DNA from: a virus
Lineage: Duplodnaviria > Caudoviricetes
IMG/VR virus record: IMGVR_UViG_3300033076_001279
Span: 1 to 38,938 of that record
Length of the DNA: 38,938 nucleotides
Strand: one strand, 5' to 3'
In this document: piece by piece, positions 1-6,718 of the stretch
Position numbering within the stretch: the first letter of the stretch is position 1
Layout of the letters: the number at the start of each line of letters is the position of its first letter
Program-made: the position numbers and the translations under genes
Notes under the pieces: model-generated
Told to the model about the DNA's origin: nothing
The model's input: only the letters and a program-made list of their open reading frames with translations
Database searches by the model: none

Positions 1-69
1 GATGGCTACGAAAGGGCTTAGATTATTTGAAAGAATAGTTTAAGCCTTTTCTTTTTAATAGCGTTGGAA
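1..69. repeat. attC-like site 1 (partial, right part only)
   Basis: GATGGCTACG...AGCCTTTTCTTTTTAA-TAGC-GTTGGAA; closely resembles site 2. Confidence 0.8.
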
Positions 70-186
70 CTCAAAGATATTTTTTTACCCACGCTAATAT
101 GATGTCCGCAAGCCAAAAAAGTTGATTATTTACTTTCGGTTTTGATTGCTTTTGATTATATTGTATCATAATCAAATGAGTTTAAA

Positions 187-873
187 ATGCCAATAAGTAA
201 AGTAGAAAATATTGATTGCATCGAGGGAATGAAGCAATTTCCTGATAAATTTTTTGATTTGGCTATTTGCGACCCACCTTATGGAAACGAATCTTCCTAT
301 AACAATAGAAGGAAGTTAAAACCATATGAAAATATTGAGCCTTTACCAGAATATTACTATGAATTATTTAGGATTTCAAAACATCAAATTATTTGGGGTG
401 CAAATTATCTAAGAAATTATGATTTAAAAGGAGGCGGTATTGTTTGGAATAAATTAGGGACTTATACAGAACATAGAAAGCAAGCTCCTACTATTGGGGA
501 CTGTGAATATGCTTTTACCTCTAAAACAAATAATATAAAAATGTTTTCTTATGCTTGGATGGGAAATGTTTTAGGGAATAATTATACAATAAATCCACCT
601 GAATCAAAAGAAAAATTTCATCCAAGTCAAAAACCTATTGCATTATATATTTGGCTACTCGAAAACTACGCAAAGCAAGGCGATAAAATACTTGACACAC
701 ATTTAGGCAGTCAATCGAGCCGAATAGCAGCATACAAGAAAGGCTTTGATTTTTGGGGCTTTGAAATCGACAAAGATTATTTCGAGGAAGGGAACGAAAG
801 GTTTGAAAAATCAATAGCGATGCCTTTGTTTGATAGTATCCGTCCGCAAATGCAGCAACTATCCCTTGTATAA
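187..873 (+). CDS. N6-adenine/N4-cytosine DNA methyltransferase (beta class)
   Basis: DPPY catalytic motif N-terminal, HPSQKP, LDTHLGSQSS SAM-binding motif C-terminal. Confidence 0.92.
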   Translation: MPISKVENIDCIEGMKQFPDKFFDLAICDPPYGNESSYNNRRKLKPYENIEPLPEYYYELFRISKHQIIWGANYLRNYDLKGGGIVWNKLGTYTEHRKQAPTIGDCEYAFTSKTNNIKMFSYAWMGNVLGNNYTINPPESKEKFHPSQKPIALYIWLLENYAKQGDKILDTHLGSQSSRIAAYKKGFDFWGFEIDKDYFEEGNERFEKSIAMPLFDSIRPQMQQLSLV

Positions 874-875
874 AC

Positions 876-963
876 TTCCAACTTTCAGCAAAATGATGGC
901 TACGGAATAAGGCTAAAACTTTGAAATATAGGTTTTAGCCTTTTCTTTTTGCGAACGTTGGAT
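876..963. repeat. attC-like site 2
   Basis: TTCCAAC-TTTCA-GCAAAATG...CTTTTTGC-GAAC-GTTGGAT. Confidence 0.85.
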
Positions 964-1074
964 GTTAAAGGTGCTTGCATTTTTCGCATTAACTTTGTCG
1001 CAAAATAAGTAAGAAAACCTATGGAAATGTCAGAAAAATTTACTATTTTGTAGTATAAATCAAACACTACAAAA

Positions 1075-1914
1075 ATGGTAATTTTAGATTTATTTAGTGG
1101 TATTGGTGGATTTTCAAAAGGGTTAATTGATGCAGGATTTCAATTTGAAACACATTATTTTTCTGAAATTGATAAACACGCAATAGCTAATTATTCTTAC
1201 AATTTTAAAAATTCACATTATGTCGGTTCAGTTACAAATGTTCGAGGAACAGAACTCAAAAGACCAAATATTATCACTTTCGGAAGCCCTTGCCAAGACT
1301 TCTCAATGGCTGGAAAACGATTGGGGATGGAAGGAGAAAGAAGTAGCCTTATCCTTGAAGCAATTAGACTTATATCCGAGTGCAGACCTGACGTATTTAT
1401 CTGGGAAAATGTTAAAGGAACATTCTCCTCAAATGATGGTGCAGACTTTATCGCAATACTCCAAGCCTTTGCCAACATTGGGGGTTATAGAATTGAATGG
1501 CAATTGCTTAATACAGCATGGGTTTTACCCCAAAATAGAGAGCGATTGTACCTTGTTGGACATCTTGCAGGAAGAAGTAAGCTCGGAGTATTTCCTATCG
1601 GAACAGAAAATAGAAAATATCAAGAATTGGAAATCGAGAGAAAACCCACTTTCTCATGTCTTACACGTAGGGGAGCAGGAGAATACCATTCAGGTATGCA
1701 ACTTATTAGAATAAAGAACAAATTAAGAGTTCCAACTGAAATTGAATGTGAAAAAGCACAAGGATTTCCAGAGAATTGGACTAAATATGGCATTAATAGT
1801 GCAGGTATTTATGAAATACCAAGAGTAGAAAGATATAAAATGTTAGGAAATTCAGTAACTACCAAAATAGTAGAATTAGTTGGAAACGGAATTAGAAATT
1901 GCCTTGAAACCTAA
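1075..1914 (+). CDS. C5-cytosine DNA methyltransferase (large/alpha polypeptide)
   Basis: DLFSGIGG (motif I), GSPCQDFS (IV), WENVKG (VI), PQNRERLY (VIII), LGNSV (X). Confidence 0.95.
   Translation: MVILDLFSGIGGFSKGLIDAGFQFETHYFSEIDKHAIANYSYNFKNSHYVGSVTNVRGTELKRPNIITFGSPCQDFSMAGKRLGMEGERSSLILEAIRLISECRPDVFIWENVKGTFSSNDGADFIAILQAFANIGGYRIEWQLLNTAWVLPQNRERLYLVGHLAGRSKLGVFPIGTENRKYQELEIERKPTFSCLTRRGAGEYHSGMQLIRIKNKLRVPTEIECEKAQGFPENWTKYGINSAGIYEIPRVERYKMLGNSVTTKIVELVGNGIRNCLET
1220..1714 (+). CDS. Nested +1-frame ORF, probable beta polypeptide of the C5 methyltransferase
   Basis: 164 codons open in AT-rich DNA inside the MTase gene; CTLLDILQEEVSSEYFLS resembles the motif of M.EcoHK31I-type alternative-frame subunits. 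Confidence 0.65.
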   Translation: MSVQLQMFEEQNSKDQILSLSEALAKTSQWLENDWGWKEKEVALSLKQLDLYPSADLTYLSGKMLKEHSPQMMVQTLSQYSKPLPTLGVIELNGNCLIQHGFYPKIESDCTLLDILQEEVSSEYFLSEQKIENIKNWKSRENPLSHVLHVGEQENTIQVCNLLE

Positions 1915-1915
1915 C

Positions 1916-2002
1916 TTCCAACTTATAGCAAAAAGATGGCTTATACCATATTTCCGAAATCAGGAAAATGGTTTTAGCCTTTACTTTTTGCGTGCGTTGG
2001 AC
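1916..2002. repeat. attC-like site 3
   Basis: TTCCAAC-TTATA-GCAAAAAG...CTTTTTGC-GTGC-GTTGGAC. Confidence 0.85.
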
Positions 2003-2090
2003 GACAAATTAACTAAAAATACCTCGCTAATTTCTTGTCCAAGTGATGCAAATTGACTAAATTATGGCATAATCAAACAATAAAAATAAA

Positions 2091-2276
2091 ATGACTGGAA
2101 AAGAAATGATAAAAATAATTCAAGATAATGGTCTTGAAGACTTTAAAATAAAAATCAATAAACTTGTTTCAAGAGATGGGAATTGGAGCTTTAATTTAGA
2201 GTCTTATTTTTTAGACTCAATGGTTGATATAGGGCATTCTGATAGAACGGTAACTTTTGATTTAATTGACGATTAA
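2091..2276 (+). CDS. Hypothetical cassette protein
   Basis: ORF with A-rich leader inside cassette 3. Confidence 0.7.
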   Translation: MTGKEMIKIIQDNGLEDFKIKINKLVSRDGNWSFNLESYFLDSMVDIGHSDRTVTFDLIDD

Positions 2277-2277
2277 T

Positions 2278-2454
2278 ATGGAAAACAGAAAATTTACAGA
2301 AGAAGACTTTCACGCTGTTGGATGGCATTTTGAAGCGTATTTTATAGAAGTTCTCAATAAAGAATATGATTTAGAAGACGCAATAAACGATTTACGTGGG
2401 CTTATTGGCTCAAAGTATGATTCAAGGGTAATTCAAGAATCATCGAATAAGTAA
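2278..2454 (+). CDS. Hypothetical cassette protein (start probably ATG 2278)
   Basis: Starts 1 nt after the previous stop; its own stop abuts site 4. Confidence 0.7.
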   Translation: MENRKFTEEDFHAVGWHFEAYFIEVLNKEYDLEDAINDLRGLIGSKYDSRVIQESSNK

Positions 2455-2455
2455 C

Positions 2456-2542
2456 TTCCAACTTTTAGTAAAAAGATGCTTGGTTTTAAAGTATCTTTTT
2501 GCTAAATTAGGTATTAACATTTACTTTTTACGAGCGTTGGAA
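2456..2542. repeat. attC-like site 4
   Basis: TTCCAAC-TTTTA-GTAAAAAG...CTTTTTAC-GAGC-GTTGGAA. Confidence 0.85.
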
Positions 2543-2600
2543 TCAAAGCACTTTGAAGTATCAAAGTGAGTTGATGTCCGCAAACCAATAAAATAAAAAT

Positions 2601-2927
2601 ATGCTAATTAAAGAAGCTACTTACGAAAATGTAATGGTTGAAACAAGAAAAAGAGTTTCAGATGATGTTTTTGGCTGTGATTGTTGTGAAAAAGAAATAA
2701 AAGAGTATCCAAACGAAAACAGTAGATTAGAGCTTACTGTTTTTAAAGGCAATTCTGATGATGCTGAACACTTGCACTTTTGCTCGTGGGAGTGTGTTTT
2801 GAAACAACTTCCTAAAATAAAAACTGATTATTTTATAAGTTTACCCTTTGTTTATTTTGATGAAAAATGTGAAGATAAACGTTCAGGAAATGAATTAATA
2901 TCTTTGCTGAAAAGATTGAAGATATAG
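2601..2927 (+). CDS. Hypothetical cassette protein, possible Zn-binding (CDCC...FCSWEC)
   Basis: Paired Cys motifs reminiscent of TRASH/treble-clef fingers; fills cassette 4. Confidence 0.7.
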   Translation: MLIKEATYENVMVETRKRVSDDVFGCDCCEKEIKEYPNENSRLELTVFKGNSDDAEHLHFCSWECVLKQLPKIKTDYFISLPFVYFDEKCEDKRSGNELISLLKRLKI

Positions 2928-2930
2928 CAC

Positions 2931-3009
2931 TTCCAACGCCTTGATGGGCGATGGAATAGTGATTTTTGACAAAAAATAGGCTTTCATTTACGCCTATCTA
3001 ATGTTGGAA
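2931..3009. repeat. attC-like site 5
   Basis: TTCCAAC-GCCTT-GATGGGCG...CGCCTATC-TAAT-GTTGGAA. Confidence 0.85.
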
Positions 3010-3057
3010 CTCAAACAAATTTTAAATTACAAAAGCGACTGAAAGTCGCACGACATT

Positions 3058-3300
3058 ATGAAAGAACAAGTTTTTTTTTGTGCCGCACATGGAAAAAATG
3101 TTGGCGAAAGAGTAACAATAACAGGCTCATCAGTTAATCAAGTAAAGGGTAAGCTACGAAAAAGTTTTATAGAAGGAATTATCATTGGCGGTGGCACAAT
3201 TTGGGAAAAACACGAGAAGGGTCTTGGATGGCATAAAAGCGTTGCAAGTTGGAGTCCACGCACAAAAACAACTCTGAAAGCTAAGCATATTTTAGAGTAG
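3058..3300 (+). CDS. Hypothetical basic cassette protein
   Basis: ORF fills cassette 5. Confidence 0.7.
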   Translation: MKEQVFFCAAHGKNVGERVTITGSSVNQVKGKLRKSFIEGIIIGGGTIWEKHEKGLGWHKSVASWSPRTKTTLKAKHILE

Positions 3301-3305
3301 AAAAT

Positions 3306-3392
3306 TTCCAACCAAAAGCATTATGAAGATTGGAAAATAATGCTTATATTAGATAAGAAATAACAAACTTTTACTTAATGCGAGCGTTGGAA
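3306..3392. repeat. attC-like site 6
   Basis: TTCCAAC-CAAAA-GCATTATG...CTTAATGC-GAGC-GTTGGAA. Confidence 0.85.
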
Positions 3393-3451
3393 TCAAAGCA
3401 CTTTGAAGTATCAGAGTGAGTTGATGTCCGCAAACCAAAACAAATAAAACT

Positions 3452-3811
3452 ATGAGAATAGAATTAGAGAAAATACCTGTAAAAAATGAGGGAGGAACAA
3501 ACAATATAACTTGTAATTTGATTGAATTAGGGTTAGAAAGTTTAAACCCATATTTTCATGTTACAATCATTTTAAATAACGAATTATATCAAACAATTAG
3601 AAAAGTGTATCCGCCAGATGATTATATAATTGGAGCAAATGAAGTTGATTTCTTTGTTAATAATGATATTCTAAATAACTGTTTAGTTGTAATTCAAAAT
3701 TTGAACTTACCACACAAAATTGAAAATTTTGTTACAACTTATAAAATATTTGAGTTTGGAGATATTACGGAGTTTATTAAAACAATAGGGGTAAAAGCAA
3801 CAAAAATATAA
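3452..3811 (+). CDS. Hypothetical cassette protein
   Basis: ORF fills cassette 6. Confidence 0.75.
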   Translation: MRIELEKIPVKNEGGTNNITCNLIELGLESLNPYFHVTIILNNELYQTIRKVYPPDDYIIGANEVDFFVNNDILNNCLVVIQNLNLPHKIENFVTTYKIFEFGDITEFIKTIGVKATKI

Positions 3812-3834
3812 TAAATGTTTAGCGAATAAGCAAC

Positions 3835-3920
3835 TTCCAACTAAAAGCATTGAGAAGTTTTGAAATAAAATATCTTTTTGCTATATTGTTTAATACATTT
3901 TCTTAATGCGAGCGTTGGAA
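3835..3920. repeat. attC-like site 7
   Basis: TTCCAAC-TAAAA-GCATTGAG...CTTAATGC-GAGC-GTTGGAA. Confidence 0.85.
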
Positions 3921-3962
3921 TACAAATATTTTTAAATTATTTTTCTAATATGATGTCGCAAA

Positions 3963-4394
3963 ATGAATATACTTAACAGATTACCTAAATGGCAAATTGA
4001 AAAGGTGCTTAATCAGCCAAATTGTGATATAGATTTGGATTTTTTAGGATTTTTAGATATTTATGAAACGCTATCAAAAATAATTCCTAAATATTTCACA
4101 GTTGTTGATTTAGGGTGTGCATACAATCCGCAGTGTTTCTTTTTTGAAGAACATAAATCATATTTGGCTGTTGATATATCTGATTGCGTGAAATTTCAAG
4201 CAAAAAATTGTGAAATTTTTCAAAAAAGCATAAGTGAATTTATTAATGAAAATTTAAGTAATTTGAATTTAGAAGAAACATTTGCTATATGCAGTTATGT
4301 GCCATCTTGGGGTGGAGATAATGGAAAAATAGCAAGAGATACATTTAAAAATGTTTTTGTATATTATCCATCATCAACTCGTGAAATATCGTAG
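3963..4394 (+). CDS. Small SAM-dependent methyltransferase-fold protein
   Basis: VVDLGCAY (motif I-like) followed by YLAVDIS (motif II-like). Confidence 0.6.
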   Translation: MNILNRLPKWQIEKVLNQPNCDIDLDFLGFLDIYETLSKIIPKYFTVVDLGCAYNPQCFFFEEHKSYLAVDISDCVKFQAKNCEIFQKSISEFINENLSNLNLEETFAICSYVPSWGGDNGKIARDTFKNVFVYYPSSTREIS

Positions 4395-4403
4395 AATAAG
4401 CAC

Positions 4404-4489
4404 TTCCAACCAAATTGATTCTGATGGCTTGGTAGTGATTTATGATTTGAAAAAAAAGTTTTAGCCTTTTCAGAATCATGACGTTGGAA
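4404..4489. repeat. attC-like site 8
   Basis: TTCCAAC-CAAAT-TGATTCTG...CAGAATCA-TGAC-GTTGGAA. Confidence 0.85.
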
Positions 4490-4605
4490 GGCAAGGGAAT
4501 TTCTTTACTCCAACGCTGTATAAATGTCGCCAAATAAATTTATGTAAATGCTTGACTATTAGGTGATTAATTAGTATTTTTAGGTATTACTAAATTTAAT
4601 TTTAA

Positions 4606-5298
4606 ATGATAAAATCTAATAATCTACTGCATGGAGATTGCTTTTTAGCAATAAAAGAAATAGAAGACAATAGTGTTGATTTAATTGTTACTGACCCCCC
4701 ATACGGAATAAACTTTACCAAAGGTTATAAAAGTGGCTCAACAGAATTAGTTCATGGTGATGATGGGTTTTCGGTAATGGTTTTTGTTGATGAGTTGATG
4801 AAAGAGTTTAAAAGGGTTTTAAGACCTGATAGTGCAATTTATATTTTTACACGTTTTGACGTAATGCCGTATTGGTGGTTAAAAATAAAGAATTATTTTG
4901 ACACAAAAAATCAAATAGTATGGTTTAAAGGCGGCGGTGGAATGGGAGATTTGACTGGAAATTTTTCTTTTAATTATGAAAGTATAATGTTTGCTACAAA
5001 TGGAAAACATAAAATAAGAGGGAAAAGAGATGGTTCAGTTTGGCAAATTGGCAAATGCAAGCAAGAATACCATGAAACACAAAAACCCGTTGAATTAATT
5101 GAAAAAATCATAAAACATAGCACAGACGAAGGAATGACAGTCTTTGACCCCTTTATGGGAAGCGGCACAACTGGGGTAGCTTGCAAAAATTTGAATAGGA
5201 ATTTTATTGGAATTGAAATGATAGAATCTAATTTTAATATTGCAAAAAAAAGAATAGAATCTCATTGTCCGCAAGTAAATTTATTGTCCCTTGTGTAA
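4606..5298 (+). CDS. N6-adenine/N4-cytosine DNA methyltransferase (beta class)
   Basis: VTDPPY, HETQKP, FDPFMGSGTTG. Confidence 0.95.
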   Translation: MIKSNNLLHGDCFLAIKEIEDNSVDLIVTDPPYGINFTKGYKSGSTELVHGDDGFSVMVFVDELMKEFKRVLRPDSAIYIFTRFDVMPYWWLKIKNYFDTKNQIVWFKGGGGMGDLTGNFSFNYESIMFATNGKHKIRGKRDGSVWQIGKCKQEYHETQKPVELIEKIIKHSTDEGMTVFDPFMGSGTTGVACKNLNRNFIGIEMIESNFNIAKKRIESHCPQVNLLSLV

Positions 5299-5300
5299 AC

Positions 5301-5388
5301 TTCCAACTAAAAGCATTGAGATGGTTGGGTTTTAGAGTTAATTTATTGATTTACAATTACTTACCTTTTCTTAATGCGGATGTTGGAA
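5301..5388. repeat. attC-like site 9
   Basis: TTCCAAC-TAAAA-GCATTGAG...CTTAATGC-GGAT-GTTGGAA. Confidence 0.85.
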
Positions 5389-5476
5389 CGCTAAGGAGTT
5401 AGAAAAAACCTCGCTAATTTCTTGTCCAAGTGATAAAAATTGACTAAATTATTAGCATAATTCAAACACAAAAACT

Positions 5477-5779
5477 ATGGAAATCAATCATGCCCCTCAA
5501 ATTGTTTCATTTGCTCATATTGACCCTAATACAAAAGATTTATATACTTATTACTTCCAAATAACCAAAGGGAAAATATGGCTTCATTCTATTGATAAAT
5601 GGGAGAAAAATGGAAGGACTGGAAATGGTTACAAACATGAAGAAGTTTTTCATTTTGAATATAAAAATACAATTACAAATTATGAAACAGGGGAATTTGA
5701 ACAGCCCAAAGTTCCTGAATATTTAATGAATAATGCAAAACTATTTTTTATTGGTTACGTGGCAAATAATTGTATATAA
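5477..5779 (+). CDS. Hypothetical cassette protein
   Basis: ORF with AAAACTATG start context in cassette 9. Confidence 0.75.
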   Translation: MEINHAPQIVSFAHIDPNTKDLYTYYFQITKGKIWLHSIDKWEKNGRTGNGYKHEEVFHFEYKNTITNYETGEFEQPKVPEYLMNNAKLFFIGYVANNCI

Positions 5780-5787
5780 ATAAACCT

Positions 5788-6006
5788 ATGAGTAAAATGA
5801 AAAAAGTAATTTGCTATATATTTGGGCATAAAGAAGAAGATTTTACAGATTCTGGCTATATGATTTGTAAAAGATGTAAATGTCACGAATATTATGACGG
5901 TTGGGGAATTGGTATTTTTGCATCTATTTGGCAAAGAATAAAACGAAAAATTGGAAGGATAAAAGATGAAATTTACTATCAAATTTTTAATGAATTGCCG
6001 TTTTAA
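5788..6006 (+). CDS. Small hypothetical protein with C..GH...CxRC motif (DUF1660-like); start uncertain
   Basis: ICYIFGHK...ICKRC pattern typical of small phage Zn-binding proteins; stop just before site 10. Confidence 0.65.
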   Translation: MSKMKKVICYIFGHKEEDFTDSGYMICKRCKCHEYYDGWGIGIFASIWQRIKRKIGRIKDEIYYQIFNELPF

Positions 6007-6010
6007 GCAC

Positions 6011-6089
6011 TTCCAACTTTGGCATTTGAGATGCCGAAGTATTTTAAAACTTAAAATTGCGTAGCGTTTGCTTAAATGCTATGTTGGAA
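6011..6089. repeat. attC-like site 10
   Basis: TTCCAAC-TTTGG-CATTTGAG...CTTAAATG-CTAT-GTTGGAA. Confidence 0.85.
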
Positions 6090-6148
6090 GATGCGGAACT
6101 TTCAAATCCGCTCTAATCAAATGTCTCTGAGAACCAAAAAACAAGAAT

Positions 6149-6373
6149 ATGATTTTATTGCAATTTGATAGAATGAAAGAATTTGTTGAAACAATGCAGC
6201 CTTTCATTGAAAAATATAGAAGCGAATATCATAAAAACGTATTTGAAATTGATAGCACTGTTTGCTACGATGAATATGAATTGTACGAATATTTACATAA
6301 TAATGGAGAAATTACAGAAAAATTTGAATTTGCTTTACATTTTTCTGAATTTGGGCATATAATCAAACATTAG
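6149..6373 (+). CDS. Hypothetical cassette protein
   Basis: ORF fills cassette 10. Confidence 0.7.
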   Translation: MILLQFDRMKEFVETMQPFIEKYRSEYHKNVFEIDSTVCYDEYELYEYLHNNGEITEKFEFALHFSEFGHIIKH

Positions 6374-6385
6374 CGTAGAACAATT

Positions 6386-6473
6386 TTCCAACTCATAGTA
6401 ATGAGATGGCTTTGGTTAAAAGTTGAATTAAATGGTTGTGGTTTCGAGCCTTTTCTTATTACGGATGTTGGAA
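6386..6473. repeat. attC-like site 11
   Basis: TTCCAAC-TCATA-GTAATGAG...CTTATTAC-GGAT-GTTGGAA. Confidence 0.85.
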
Positions 6474-6664
6474 CACAAGTTTAGATTGCAAACTCGCTGA
6501 ACAAACGTCCAAGTGATGAATGAGTCACAAACCAAACAAACTGCCGAGTAGTAAAATTATTGAAATGTTGGTCGCATTCTTTGTAACTACTCGCCAATTT
6601 GCTGTCGGTTTGATGCTTGCACCCTTTGAATAAGTCCAAAGGGAGTGCTTGTCGAAATGATTTG
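6474..6664. ncRNA. ORF-less structured cassette, candidate ncRNA
   Basis: No + strand ORF; nested stems CAAACC/GGTTTG and CGAGTAGT/ACTACTCG, then hairpin GCACCCTTTG/CAAAGGGAGTGC. Confidence 0.45.
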
Positions 6665-6715
6665 TCCAACTACATAAACGACAATCTAAATTAGTTAAAA
6701 CTTTTTAAATTGTCA
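6665..6715 (-). other. Candidate attI-like primary recombination site
   Basis: Array ends with a lone TCCAAC core lacking a GTTGGA partner, followed by TACATAAAC and the inverted repeat GACAATCTAAA...TTTAAATTGTC. Confidence 0.5.
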
Positions 6716-6718
6716 AGT

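Larger units (their letters stand above)
1..6715. mobile_element. Integron-like gene cassette array (>=11 cassettes), open at the left edge
   Basis: Eleven TTCCAAC...GTTGGA hairpin sites (first one partial) separate unrelated co-oriented genes at 383-1039 bp intervals; tyrosine recombinase about 1.2 kb away. Confidence 0.85.

Noticed and set aside
1879-1885. Isolated GTTGGA hits inside genes (e.g. 1879, near 2337, near 19168)
   Set aside because: No upstream TTCCAAC partner or paired arms at the right distance; consistent with chance matches.
4345-4533. Minus-strand ORFs over the array (1218-1478, 4345-4533, 4974-5186, 5755-5982, 6481-6669)
   Set aside because: Antisense shadows of real genes or spanning att hairpins, with no recognisable motifs.
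876-6473. Hairpins as simple intrinsic terminators or REP/MITE elements
   Set aside because: No U-tract after the stem; invariant AAC/GTT ends with fixed 5/4-nt spacers; no target-site duplications or transposase; confined to one array. A secondary effect on transcription is not excluded.
1-6670. CRISPR array interpretation of the repeats
   Set aside because: Intervals are 383-1039 bp and contain whole genes, repeats vary in sequence, and no cas genes are present.
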